Source of the DNA: an uncultured Chloroflexia bacterium
GTDB taxonomy: Bacteria; Chloroflexota; Limnocylindria; Limnocylindrales; CSP1-4
Reading direction: 5' to 3'
DNA length: 64,000 bases
NCBI GenBank assembly: GCA_963810285.1
Contig: CAWEMV010000002.1
Coordinates: 1,757,177-1,821,176 of the forward strand
Shown piece by piece: positions 51,420 through 60,715 of this stretch. The translations under genes were made by a program, and so were the position numbers. Each line of letters begins with the position of its first letter. Within the stretch, counting starts at the first letter, position 1. A model generated the notes under the pieces. The model did no database searches and was not told the origin of the DNA. It saw only the letters and a list, made by a program, of their open reading frames with translations.

Positions 51420-52501
51420 CGACCACCGTGCGACCCGCGCGCGTCGGGATCGTGGGCTGCGGCGACGTCACCAACCTGTACCTGCCCGGCGTCGCTCCGT
51501 ACGCGTCGATCGAGCTGGCAGCGTGCACCGATCTCGACCCCGCGCGTGCGGCGGACCTGTCGGACCGCGGGGGTTTCCCGGCCGTGACCATGGACGAGCT
51601 CCTCGCCGACCCCACGATCGAGATCGTCCTCGTCCTTACGCCGCCGGTCGTTCATGCCGCGGTATCGCGTGCGGCGATCGCCGCCGGGAAGCACGTCTAT
51701 AGCGAGAAACCGCTGGCCACGACGCGCGAGGATGCCGAGACGATCCTGGCCGAGGCCGCCGCCGCCGGCCTTCGGGTCGGTGCGGCACCGGACACGTTCC
51801 TGGGCGGGGGGCTCCAGACCGCCCGCGCGCTGATCGACGAGGGGGCGATCGGTCAGGTCCTCGCCGCCAGCGGCTCGATGGCGCATGGTGGCCCGGAGCG
51901 GTGGCACCTCAACCCCGGCATCTTCTACGTCGTCGGCGGCGGCCCATTGCTCGACGTCGGGCCGTACACCGTCTCCGCACTCGTCAGCCTGCTTGGACCG
52001 ATCGCCTCGGTGTCGGCCGTCGGGCGCGGGATGGGTTCTGTGCGCACGATCGCCGCGGGACCACTCGCCGGCTCTACGTTGACCGCGGAGGTGCCGACGA
52101 CCGTCGCCGGCAGCGTCACGTTCGAGTCGGGTGTCGTCGGTGGGATCCTCGCCTCGTTCGATATCGTCGCGAGTCGCGCCCCACAGCTCGAGATCCACGG
52201 CACGGCCGGGAGCCTCAGCCTGGGCGATCCGAACGGGTTCGACGGCGAAGTCCGCTACCGCGCCCTCGACGCTGACGATTGGGAGGACATCCAGTTGCGG
52301 TTCGACGGGAGCGTCGGTCGCGGGATCGGGCTGGCCGACTTCATCGACGCGATCCGGTCCGGGCGCCCGCACCGGGCCAGCGGCGAACTCGCCTTCCATG
52401 TCCTCGACGTGCTGCTCGCGATGGAGGAGGCGACCCGATCGGGTCGAGTCGAGCGGATCGCATCGCGGGTCGACCGGCCGGCGCCGCTGCCACAGGAGTA
52501 G
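51416..52501 (+). CDS. Gfo/Idh/MocA family oxidoreductase
   Basis: The start forms a GTGA overlap with the previous gene. 'ARVGIVGCGDV' is the Rossmann motif and 'KHVYSEKPLA' is the family EKP motif. Confidence 0.85.
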   Translation: MTTTVRPARVGIVGCGDVTNLYLPGVAPYASIELAACTDLDPARAADLSDRGGFPAVTMDELLADPTIEIVLVLTPPVVHAAVSRAAIAAGKHVYSEKPLATTREDAETILAEAAAAGLRVGAAPDTFLGGGLQTARALIDEGAIGQVLAASGSMAHGGPERWHLNPGIFYVVGGGPLLDVGPYTVSALVSLLGPIASVSAVGRGMGSVRTIAAGPLAGSTLTAEVPTTVAGSVTFESGVVGGILASFDIVASRAPQLEIHGTAGSLSLGDPNGFDGEVRYRALDADDWEDIQLRFDGSVGRGIGLADFIDAIRSGRPHRASGELAFHVLDVLLAMEEATRSGRVERIASRVDRPAPLPQE

Positions 52502-52538
52502 GCCCCGCTCGTCGCGATGATGTCAGCCCGGGTTGCCG

Positions 52539-54167
52539 CTAGGCGGCCAACCGGCGGAGCGTGTCCAGCAGCCGATCGATGTCCGCCTCGGTCGAGAGGT
52601 AGTTGACGATCCCGGCGCGGAGCCACGTCCGACCGCGCAGCCGGGTCGTGGTCAGCCAGCCGTCGCCCGACACCTCGAGCGCCGCCTGGAGTCGATCCTG
52701 GTGGCCGTCGATCGCCGCCTCGTCGCCAGCCAGATCCGCCGGCACATGCCGGAAACACACCACCGACAGCTCGGGCCGCTCGGGCAGCACCTCGAGGTCG
52801 TCGGCCTCGACACACCGGGCGGCGAGATACGCGGCGAGGTCGACGTTCGCCTCGATCAGCCGGCCGAACCCCGCCGTCCCGAGGTGCTTCCAGGTCATCC
52901 ACAGCTTCAGCGCTCGCCACCGACGGGTGCCCTCGAACGACAGCTTGTAGAAGTTGAGCTGGTCGGCGTGGTCGTCCGCCTCGCCATCGCGCAGGTAGTC
53001 AGGCGTGTCACTCGCCGGGGTCTCGCCTCCGCGGTAGTACTCGGGCGCTCGACCGCCGAAGACCGCACCGAGCGCCCGGCCGTCGCGCACGAGGAGCCCG
53101 CCGATGTCGTAGGCCTGGAAGAACCACTTGTGCGGGTCGACCGTGACGCTGTCGGCCCGCTCGAGGTCCTGCACGCGGTCGCGATCCCGGACCGACAACC
53201 GGGCGCCGCCGCCGTAGGCCGCGTCGACGTGGAGCCACAGCCCCTCCGCTCCGGCGACGTCGGCGAGCTCGCCGATCGCGTCCACCGAGCCGGTGTTGGT
53301 CGAGCCCGCGACCGCCGCGATGGCGAACGGGGCCAGGTCATCTGCGCGATCGCGCGCTACGGCCGCGGCGACCGGTCCGCCACGCAGGCGGAAGTCGTCA
53401 TCCGACGGCAGGACGACCAGCGTCTCCGGCGGGAACCCGAGCTCGTCAAGGGCGCGCGCGATCGAGAAATGGGTCTGGTCGCTGGTGTAGACCCGGGCGC
53501 CGTCGAGCTGCCCACCGCGCGGCGGGCCGCCGAGACCCCGGATCCGCCCGAGGTGCAGGTCGCGGGCGAGCGCCATCGCCATGAAGTTGGCCATGACCCC
53601 GCCGCTGGTCAGCAACCCGAATGATCCCTCGCCGTAGTCGACGAGGTCGCACAGCCACCGGACGACCTCCTCCTCGGCGAACGCGGCGAACGGACCGGCG
53701 TGCCAGACGTCGACGCCCTGGTTGGCGACCTGCGTCAGGAGCTCGCCCATGATCGACATCGGCAGCGGCGGTGGCGTGAAGTACCCGAACTGGCGCGGAT
53801 GCTGGGCGTTCATCAGCCCGCCGGCGAGCCGGGCCGAGAACTCCCCCAGCACGTCCGCGGCGCGCATCGGCTCGACCGGTGCGGGGCCGGGACCGTCGCG
53901 TGGGCCGGTCGGGTCCGAGGCGTAGTACCGCCGACGCGCCTCCTCGTATGGCGACGCGTCGCCCATCGCGCGTTCGACCGCGATCCCGTACAGGAACTCG
54001 AGCGCCTCGTGCCACGTGGCCGCCCCAAGGTTCTCGAGCGCGGCACGCGACGCCGCCTCGTCGCGGTACCCGATCAGCTCCGGCTCGGGATGCCACGCGA
54101 AGCGCTCGAGGTACGCGTCGAGGTCGGGGGCGATCGTGGGCGTCCGGAGCGTCGAGGGTTCTGCCAT
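52539..54167 (-). CDS. Pyridoxal-dependent (group II) amino-acid decarboxylase
   Basis: 542 aa. 'VDPHKWFFQAYDIG' contains the PLP-Lys motif. 'TSGGVMANFMA' and 'HVDAAYGG' are also present. Confidence 0.85.
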   Translation of the reverse strand: MAEPSTLRTPTIAPDLDAYLERFAWHPEPELIGYRDEAASRAALENLGAATWHEALEFLYGIAVERAMGDASPYEEARRRYYASDPTGPRDGPGPAPVEPMRAADVLGEFSARLAGGLMNAQHPRQFGYFTPPPLPMSIMGELLTQVANQGVDVWHAGPFAAFAEEEVVRWLCDLVDYGEGSFGLLTSGGVMANFMAMALARDLHLGRIRGLGGPPRGGQLDGARVYTSDQTHFSIARALDELGFPPETLVVLPSDDDFRLRGGPVAAAVARDRADDLAPFAIAAVAGSTNTGSVDAIGELADVAGAEGLWLHVDAAYGGGARLSVRDRDRVQDLERADSVTVDPHKWFFQAYDIGGLLVRDGRALGAVFGGRAPEYYRGGETPASDTPDYLRDGEADDHADQLNFYKLSFEGTRRWRALKLWMTWKHLGTAGFGRLIEANVDLAAYLAARCVEADDLEVLPERPELSVVCFRHVPADLAGDEAAIDGHQDRLQAALEVSGDGWLTTTRLRGRTWLRAGIVNYLSTEADIDRLLDTLRRLAA

Positions 54168-54199
54168 CGATGGCGATGGTACCGACTACGCTTGGTGCC

Positions 54200-54724
54200 A
54201 TGACCGCGATCGACACCGCCACGCACGACCCGGAGGGCCGAGCCCGGCTGGAGACCGCCCTCGAGCGGCTCGGCGTCGAGTACGAGCTGTTCGCGTGCGA
54301 TCCTGCGCTGGCCGACACCGCCGCGTTCTGCGCGGCCTACGGATTCGCGCCCGAGGATTCGGCCAACACGATCCTCGTCGTCGGCAAGAGCGACCCGCCG
54401 CGCTACGCGGCGTGCGTCGTCCTCGCCCCGTACCGGCTCGACGTCAACCGGGCCGTGCGCGACCGGCTGGGCACCCGCAAGGCGTCATTCGCCCCGGCCG
54501 ATGCGACTCGCGACCTCACCGGGATGGAGATCGGTGGCGTGACCGTGTTCGGGCTGCCCGCGGGGCTGCCGATCTGGGTCGACGCCCGTGTCATGCGGCG
54601 GGAGCGGATCGTCCTCGGCGGCGGGTCGCGGTCATGGAAGGTCCTTGCCCCACCCTCGATCCTGCAGGCGCTGCCCGGCGTCGAGGTCGTCGACGGCCTT
54701 GCCACGGAGCCGCCTGCGGCCTGA
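54200..54724 (+). CDS. YbaK/EbsC-type aminoacyl-tRNA editing (deacylase) domain protein
   Basis: This is the in-frame ATG 54200 in ORF 53879..54724. 'NTILVVGK...YAACVVL', 'TGMEIGGVTVFG' and 'RIVLGGGSR' are present. Confidence 0.75.
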   Translation: MTAIDTATHDPEGRARLETALERLGVEYELFACDPALADTAAFCAAYGFAPEDSANTILVVGKSDPPRYAACVVLAPYRLDVNRAVRDRLGTRKASFAPADATRDLTGMEIGGVTVFGLPAGLPIWVDARVMRRERIVLGGGSRSWKVLAPPSILQALPGVEVVDGLATEPPAA

Positions 54725-54750
54725 CTGCGCCTCCCGTATCGTTCGCGCTC

Positions 54751-55179
54751 GTGACCCAGCCCGACCCCGACGCCGACCCGACGCCGCCCCGTCCGCCACG
54801 GCCCAGCGGTCCGGTCCAGTACAAGGGCGCCGACCTCGAGCCCGAGCGTGGCCCGGGTCTCGGCTGCTTCTGGTTCCAGGTCGCCGTCCTCGTGTTCTTC
54901 GTGGTCCTGACGCCGCTCAGCGTCGCCTGGCACTGGCCGGAGGCGGTCAGCACGATCCTGCTGTTCGCGGTCATCGGGCTGCTGCTGACGACCGGCCAGA
55001 CTGTCATCTTCCTGCTCCGGCTCGTGGCCGCCGACCGGCGCAGCCGACGCCGACCGATGGGCAGCGCGACCAGGACGGTCGGCGAGCTCGAGGACGAGGC
55101 GGCGGCGCACGCGGGGACGGAGGCGACGGATGGTCCGGAGCGATCGGCGGACCGGTCATCCGACGACCCGACCCCATGA
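54751..55179 (+). CDS. Small membrane protein (2 TM) with Pro-rich N-terminus and acidic C-terminus
   Basis: This is the in-frame GTG 54751 in ORF 54016..55179. The TM segments are 'FWFQVAVLVFFVVLTPLSVAW' and 'ILLFAVIGLLLTTGQTVIFLL'. Confidence 0.5.
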   Translation: MTQPDPDADPTPPRPPRPSGPVQYKGADLEPERGPGLGCFWFQVAVLVFFVVLTPLSVAWHWPEAVSTILLFAVIGLLLTTGQTVIFLLRLVAADRRSRRRPMGSATRTVGELEDEAAAHAGTEATDGPERSADRSSDDPTP

Positions 55180-55191
55180 CACAATGGCCGC

Positions 55192-55518
55192 ATGCCAGTG
55201 CTCGCGACCTACTTCTCCGTCCGACGTGGCCGCGACCCATTCTTCAAGTTCTTCATGAAGACGATCTTCCCGCGCCAGGTGAAGGAGTACGAGGAGCGGT
55301 TCGGGATCAAGTTCGTCGGCTGGTTCAACGTCGCGCATGGCTGGGACTTCGACAACGTCATCCTGCTGGACCTGCCGGACTACGCCACGCTCGACAAGCT
55401 GGAAGCCGATGAGGCGACGCGCGCCCTCGGCCATCGAGCCGGCGAGTGGATCTTCGAACGCCACCATTCGATGTTCCTGCGTGAGCGCATGGGACCCGAC
55501 CTCGAATACCATCCCTGA
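55192..55518 (+). CDS. Hypothetical protein (108 aa)
   Basis: ORF with coding-like composition ('FVGWFNVAHGWDFDNVILLDLPDYATLDKL'). I cannot name a family. Confidence 0.5.
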   Translation: MPVLATYFSVRRGRDPFFKFFMKTIFPRQVKEYEERFGIKFVGWFNVAHGWDFDNVILLDLPDYATLDKLEADEATRALGHRAGEWIFERHHSMFLRERMGPDLEYHP

Positions 55519-55593
55519 CCTGACCGAGGAGCACTGATGGGGATCCGACGCGAAGTCCTGCCACCAGGCGATGAACCGGACAGGAGTCGAACC

Positions 55594-56583
55594 ATGGATA
55601 CGGGCCGCAACGACCTGCTCGGCGAGATCGCCGCGGACGCCACCCTGGAGCGCTCGGACTTCCTCGTCCAGGCGACCGACCAGCTGCGCCGCTTCCTCGA
55701 CCGCCACAAGGAGCGCATCGCCGCCTATGGCGGGCTGACGCTGATCGACGAGGAGCCCGACTACCTGTCGATCGCCCCCGACAGCACGTTCCGCAGCCGG
55801 ACCCGCTTCCTCGACGACCTGTCGGGGGACTGGGTCAGCGAGACCGAAGTCATCGAATCGGCCGCCGAGCTGGTCGAGCTGTACAACCCGGCGGACATCT
55901 TCTCCGCGTTCAGCGAGGCGGCCAAGGAGGCCGCCGGGCTGGCCGAATCGCCGACCGCGACCGACGACCTGCTCGAGGTGGCGGGGATCGCCCCGGAGGA
56001 GACCGTCAGCCTCGGCGAGGACCCGTATGCCGCGGCCGCCGACTCGTGGGCTGCCGGTCAGCCCGCGGACGTCGACCTCGAGGACGACGAAGCCGCCGCG
56101 CGTCGACTGTACGACCTCGCGCTCGAGTACCAGGAGCGGAGCCAGCGCAGCGAGTCGCGCCTGCTCGACGAATTCGAGGGGGCCGCAGCGAGTGCGGCGA
56201 ACCTGGTCGGCGACCTCGTCATCGTCGACGACGACGACGAGCGATTGGTCCTCACCTCGACCGGCGAGTTCCGCGCCGAGGTGGTGCCCGAGGAGGCCGA
56301 GGGCGAATGGCGGACGCTCACCGGTCCGGACCAGCTCGTCGAGTTCTACGACCCGACCGATGTCTTCGGCGACCTCGCCGACGCGCTGGCCGAGGCCTAC
56401 CCGGCGGTGGCCCCAGAGCTCGCCGCGGGAACCGACATCGACGCGGAGACCGCAGAGGAGCCAGAGGAGGCGGTCGCCGACATCGAGGTCGACGACGAGC
56501 CGGCCGCCGAGGCCGAACCCGACGCCGCCGACGCCGACGCGGAGGACGCCGACGAGGGCGCGGAGGGCCGACCGACCGCGTGA
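55594..56583 (+). CDS. Highly acidic hypothetical protein with an internal duplication
   Basis: ATG 55594 lies 7 nt after GGAG, and the ORF begins at 55537. Two similar segments end 'LVELYNPADIFSAF' and 'LVEFYDPTDVFGDL'. The tail is Asp/Glu/Ala-rich. Confidence 0.55.
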   Translation: MDTGRNDLLGEIAADATLERSDFLVQATDQLRRFLDRHKERIAAYGGLTLIDEEPDYLSIAPDSTFRSRTRFLDDLSGDWVSETEVIESAAELVELYNPADIFSAFSEAAKEAAGLAESPTATDDLLEVAGIAPEETVSLGEDPYAAAADSWAAGQPADVDLEDDEAAARRLYDLALEYQERSQRSESRLLDEFEGAAASAANLVGDLVIVDDDDERLVLTSTGEFRAEVVPEEAEGEWRTLTGPDQLVEFYDPTDVFGDLADALAEAYPAVAPELAAGTDIDAETAEEPEEAVADIEVDDEPAAEAEPDAADADAEDADEGAEGRPTA

Positions 56584-56585
56584 CG

Positions 56586-57449
56586 ATGCGGCTCGCCGCG
56601 GCCGAGCTCGTCGAGAGCCGCGAGATCCTGCCGGGGCAGTGGCTGCAGTCGTTCCATGCGCCCGACCTCGCGAACGGGTCGCGGGCCGGCCAGTTCGTCC
56701 ACGTCCGGACGGGGGATTACTCCGGGATGGTGCTGCGCCGGCCGTTCTCGATCAACACCGCCGACGCGGTCACCGGCATCGTCACGATCCACTACCGCGT
56801 CATCGGCCGGGGGACCGAGTGGTTCACCCGGCTGCGTCAAGGTGACGCCATCGACCTGCTCGGCCCGCTCGGCCGGCCATTCGAGGTCGATCCGCGCAGC
56901 CGCCACCTGCTGCTCGTGGCCGGGGGCCTGGGCATGGCCGGCGTCCGGATGCTCGCCGACGAGGCGATCCGCGACGGTCGCCAGGTGACGCTGCTGTTCG
57001 GGGCGTCCAGCGCGCGCGAGGTGTATCCATCGAACCTGCTGCCCGACGAGGTCGAGTACGTCGTGGCGACCGACGACGGTTCGCTCGGGTACCACGGCTT
57101 CGTGACCGATCTCGTCCAGGAGTACGAGAGCTGGGCCGACCAGTCGTTCGCCTGCGGCCCGACCGGCATGCTGCGCGCCCTCGCCCGCCAGGCAGAGGGG
57201 CGGCGCGCGCGCCTCGGCGTCGCGCGGCTCGGGCGCAAGCGCGGGGCCGGCCGGACCGACCCGCTCGGGTCGACGGGAGCGCGGCGGAAGGCGTTCCTGC
57301 AGGTGTCGATGGAGCAGAACATGGGCTGCGCGGTCGGGGCCTGTCTCGGCTGCGTGGTGATGAGCGTGACCGGCACGCCGCAGCGGGTCTGTCGCGAGGG
57401 ACCGGTCTTCGCCAGCGATGAGCTGACGTGGGACGGCGCCTGGTCGTGA
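56586..57449 (+). CDS. pyrK: Dihydroorotate dehydrogenase electron-transfer subunit PyrK
   Basis: 'RPFSI', 'LLVAGGLGMAG' and 'ACGPTGML' are present, and the C-terminal 2Fe-2S motif is 'MGCAVGACLGC'. An alternative start GTG 56580 forms a GTGA overlap with the previous stop. See the finding on an aberrant Arg-rich segment. Confidence 0.85.
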   Translation: MRLAAAELVESREILPGQWLQSFHAPDLANGSRAGQFVHVRTGDYSGMVLRRPFSINTADAVTGIVTIHYRVIGRGTEWFTRLRQGDAIDLLGPLGRPFEVDPRSRHLLLVAGGLGMAGVRMLADEAIRDGRQVTLLFGASSAREVYPSNLLPDEVEYVVATDDGSLGYHGFVTDLVQEYESWADQSFACGPTGMLRALARQAEGRRARLGVARLGRKRGAGRTDPLGSTGARRKAFLQVSMEQNMGCAVGACLGCVVMSVTGTPQRVCREGPVFASDELTWDGAWS

Positions 57450-57544
57450 AGGCCAAGCGACGGGTCGTCACCTCGACGGGCCGGCCGGCCGGCAGTCGGC
57501 GGACACCCACGGTCCGTCGGGTCCGGTCGGCGATCGTGCCGGCC

Positions 57545-58567
57545 ATGTCGCGCCTCCCGTCCGAGGCGACCGCGCGAGCGTCGACGCCACCGCCGCCGCC
57601 GCCGGCCGACGTCGACCTGACCGTCGACCTCGGGCGCGGGCTGGTCCTGCCCAACCCGATCCTCGTGGCGTCGGGCACGTTCGGCTACGGCGTCGAGTAC
57701 GGCGACGTGGTCGAGGTCGACCGCCTCGGCGCCATCTGCTGCAAGGGCACGACGCTCAAGCCGCGCATCGGCAATCCGACCCCCCGCGTGACCGAGACCC
57801 CGGGCGGGATGCTCAACTCGATCGGCCTCCAGAACCCGGGCGTCGACGCGGTCGTGGAGAAGTACGCGGCGACGTGGGCCGGCTGGAAGGTGCCAGTCAT
57901 CGTCAACGTGGCGGGCGAGTCCGTGGGCGACTACGTCGAGGTGACCCGCCGGCTCGAGGGCGTACCCGGGATCGCGGGGATCGAGCTCAACATCTCGTGC
58001 CCGAACGTCGGTCGGGGCGGGCTCCAGTTCGCGATCGACCCGGACGCCGCGGGCGAGGTCACCGCCGCGGTCCGGCGCGTCACCGACCTGCCGCTGCTCG
58101 TCAAGCTCTCCCCGAACGTCGCCGACATCCGGCCGATCGCGCGGGCCATCGCCGACGCCGGCGCCGACGCCCTCACCGCGATCAACACGCTATCGGGCAT
58201 CGCCGTCGCGCCCGGACGCGAACGGCCGCTGCTCGGCAACATCTACGGCGGGTTGAGCGGCCCCGCGGTCAAGCCCGTCGCACTGCGGATCGTGTACGAG
58301 GCGGCCCAGGTCGTGCGCATCCCGGTCGTCGCGATCGGCGGGGTGACCGAGCTTGCCGACGTGCTCGACTTCCTCGCGGTCGGGGCCGTCGCCGTCCAGG
58401 TCGGGACCGCGATCTTCGCGGATCCGACGCTGCCGGTCCGGTTGGTCGACGAGCTGGCCGCGGCGTGCCGGGACGCCGGCGCCGCGTCGCATCGCGAGCT
58501 CGTGGGCTCGGCGCTCCCGAAGCGAGCGGCCGCACCCTCCGCCAAGGGCGTCGAGTACCGCCCGTGA
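57545..58567 (+). CDS. pyrD: Dihydroorotate dehydrogenase catalytic subunit (class 1B)
   Basis: 'LPNPILVASGTFGYG', 'NSIGLQNPG', 'IELNISCPN', 'KLSPN', 'NTL' and 'GGLSG' are present. The start is either ATG 57545 or GTG 57446 (GTGA overlap with pyrK); the latter adds an Arg-rich extension. Confidence 0.9.
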   Translation: MSRLPSEATARASTPPPPPPADVDLTVDLGRGLVLPNPILVASGTFGYGVEYGDVVEVDRLGAICCKGTTLKPRIGNPTPRVTETPGGMLNSIGLQNPGVDAVVEKYAATWAGWKVPVIVNVAGESVGDYVEVTRRLEGVPGIAGIELNISCPNVGRGGLQFAIDPDAAGEVTAAVRRVTDLPLLVKLSPNVADIRPIARAIADAGADALTAINTLSGIAVAPGRERPLLGNIYGGLSGPAVKPVALRIVYEAAQVVRIPVVAIGGVTELADVLDFLAVGAVAVQVGTAIFADPTLPVRLVDELAAACRDAGAASHRELVGSALPKRAAAPSAKGVEYRP

Positions 58568-59586
58568 AGCGCATCGGGTTCCTGTCCTTCGGCCATTGGT
58601 CGGACGCCCCGTACTCGCAGGTGCGCTCGGCATCCGACGCGCTCGTCCAGACCATCGAGCTCGCCGAGGCGGTCGAGGCGCTCGGCGGGGACGGCGCGTA
58701 CGTCCGTGTCCACCACTTCGCCCGCCAGCTCGCCTCGCCCTTCCCGCTGCTGGCCGCCATCGGTGCCCGGACGAGCCGCATCGAGATCGGGACCGCCGTC
58801 ATCGACATGCGCTACGAGAACCCGCTGTACATGGCCGAGGATGCGGGCGCCGCGGACAGCATCGCCGGCGGCCGGCTCCAGCTGGGCATCAGCCGCGGTT
58901 CACCGGAGCAGGTCATCGACGGGTTCCGCTACTTCGGCTACGCGCCGGCCGAGGGGGAGACCGACGCCGACATGGCCCGTCGCCACGCCGACGTCTTCCT
59001 GCGGCTGCTGGCCGGGGAGGGGTTCGCCGAACCGAACCCGTCGCCGATGTTCCCGAACCCACCCGGGCTGCTGCGCCTCGAGCCGCACGCCGGGGGGCTG
59101 CGCGACCGCATCTGGTGGGGCGCCGGGACACGAGCCACCGCGGAATGGGCGGCGACGGAGGGCATGAACCTGATGTCCTCGACCCTGCTGACCGAGGACA
59201 CCGGGGTCCCCTTCCATGTCCTCCAGGCGGAACAGCTCCAGCGCTTCCGCGACGCCTGGGCCGCGGCCGGGCATGCGCGCGAGCCTCGGGTATCGGTGAG
59301 CCGCAGCATCTTCCCGATCGTCGACGACCGCGACCGGCTGTACTTCGGGGGGAGCGAGGGCGATGAGGATCACGTCGGCTACCTCGATGCCCAGACCCGG
59401 GCGACGTTCGGCCGCACGTACGCCGCGGAACCCGACGTGCTCGTCCGCCAGCTCGCCGAGGATTCGGCGATCGCCGCGGCCGACACGCTGCTGCTGACGA
59501 TCCCCAACCAGCTCGGCGTCGAGTACAACGCCCACGTCATCGAGAGCGTCCTACGGTACGTGGCGCCGGAGCTCGGCTGGCGCTGA
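58564..59586 (+). CDS. LLM-class (luciferase-like) flavin-dependent oxidoreductase
   Basis: The start forms a GTGA overlap with the pyrD stop, in the frame of ORF 57874..59586. 'RIGFLSFGHW', 'VRVHHF' and 'GGRLQLGISRG' match the bacterial luciferase-like fold pattern. Confidence 0.8.
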   Translation: MKRIGFLSFGHWSDAPYSQVRSASDALVQTIELAEAVEALGGDGAYVRVHHFARQLASPFPLLAAIGARTSRIEIGTAVIDMRYENPLYMAEDAGAADSIAGGRLQLGISRGSPEQVIDGFRYFGYAPAEGETDADMARRHADVFLRLLAGEGFAEPNPSPMFPNPPGLLRLEPHAGGLRDRIWWGAGTRATAEWAATEGMNLMSSTLLTEDTGVPFHVLQAEQLQRFRDAWAAAGHAREPRVSVSRSIFPIVDDRDRLYFGGSEGDEDHVGYLDAQTRATFGRTYAAEPDVLVRQLAEDSAIAAADTLLLTIPNQLGVEYNAHVIESVLRYVAPELGWR

Positions 59587-59623
59587 CGAGCGCGTCCATC
59601 GCGAACCGCTAGGATTCGGCCCG

Positions 59624-60334
59624 ATGACGACCATCAAGCCCGCTGTCGACATCGCCCTCCGCGCCGCCGTGGCCGCGCGGACCGAGGAGCTGTTCCGGGC
59701 CTTGGGCGCGTTCCGCGAGGGCCATTTCCTGCTCAAGAGCGGCCGCCACGGCGATGCCTATGTCGAGAAGTTCGCGGTGCTGTCCGATCCCGCGGCGACC
59801 AGCGAGCTGTGCGGCTTCTGGGCGGCCCGCATCCGCGGGCTCAACGCGTCGGCCGGGTCCGACGACCGACCGCTCATCGAGCTGGTGGTCGGCCCGACGA
59901 CCGGCGGCATCATCCTGGCGTTCGAGACCGCCCGCCAGCTGGGCCTGCGCTCGATCTTCGCCGAGGAGGTCGCCGGCGATGACGGATCCACGCGCCGCGA
60001 GTTCCGGCGCGGCTTCGCGATCCTGCCCGGTGAGCGGGTCCTGCTGGTCGACGACATCCTCACCACCGGCGGCTCGCTGCTCGCGATGATCCCGGCGGTC
60101 GAGGCGCTCGGCGGCGACATCGTCGAGTGCGCCGTGCTGGTCGACCGCAGCGGTGGTCGTGCCACGCTGACGTCGCCCACCACCGGGCGCGCCTACCCGG
60201 TCCGTTCCCTCTGGCAGCTCGACCTGCCGACCTACGAGCCCGGCACCGCGACCTGTCCGCGCTGCGCGTCGGGCGATCCGCTGTATGCACCGGGCAGCAC
60301 CGGGGCCCTGACCAGCGCGGCCACCGCCGGCTGA
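59624..60334 (+). CDS. pyrE: Orotate phosphoribosyltransferase
   Basis: 'GHFLLKSGRHGDAYVEKF' and the PRPP motif 'VLLVDDILTTGGS' are present. It has a C-terminal extension with 'CPRC'. Confidence 0.85.
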   Translation: MTTIKPAVDIALRAAVAARTEELFRALGAFREGHFLLKSGRHGDAYVEKFAVLSDPAATSELCGFWAARIRGLNASAGSDDRPLIELVVGPTTGGIILAFETARQLGLRSIFAEEVAGDDGSTRREFRRGFAILPGERVLLVDDILTTGGSLLAMIPAVEALGGDIVECAVLVDRSGGRATLTSPTTGRAYPVRSLWQLDLPTYEPGTATCPRCASGDPLYAPGSTGALTSAATAG

Positions 60335-60337
60335 CGC

Positions 60338-60703
60338 GTGGACCGCCGGACCAGACGGCTCTTCGCGGTGTTGTTGGGCGGGCTCGTCGTCGCGACCGCG
60401 CTGGCGGCGCTTCTCCTGAGCGGGACCGGCCGCGTCGACCCGAACGTCCCGCCCGGCACGACCGACGTGACCGGCGTGGTCGTCGCCGTCGACAGCGCAG
60501 GTCTCGGCGACGTCGCGGGGTTCACGCTTCGCCGGCCGGGCGGCGAGCTCGTCGAGTTCAGCCTGCGCGACCTCGAGAACGGGACCCAGTTCCCGCCGGG
60601 CCACCTGGCCGAGCACCAGGCCACCGCCGAACCGGTTCGCGTCTGGTATCGGACCGAGGGTCCCGATCGCCTGGCGATCCGGCTCGAGGACGCGCCGACC
60701 TGA
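60338..60703 (+). CDS. Membrane-anchored small hypothetical protein (121 aa)
   Basis: GTG start 1 nt after the end of the pyrE stop codon. The N-terminal TM segment is 'LFAVLLGGLVVATALAALLL'. Confidence 0.5.
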   Translation: MDRRTRRLFAVLLGGLVVATALAALLLSGTGRVDPNVPPGTTDVTGVVVAVDSAGLGDVAGFTLRRPGGELVEFSLRDLENGTQFPPGHLAEHQATAEPVRVWYRTEGPDRLAIRLEDAPT

Positions 60704-60715
60704 GGGTCGACCCCC

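Noticed and set aside
57428-57544. N-terminal extension of the pyrD ORF (MGRRLVVKAKRR...)
   Set aside because: It is Arg-rich and unlike PyrD N-termini. The conserved sequence begins after ATG 57545. GTG 57446 is retained only as an alternative start.
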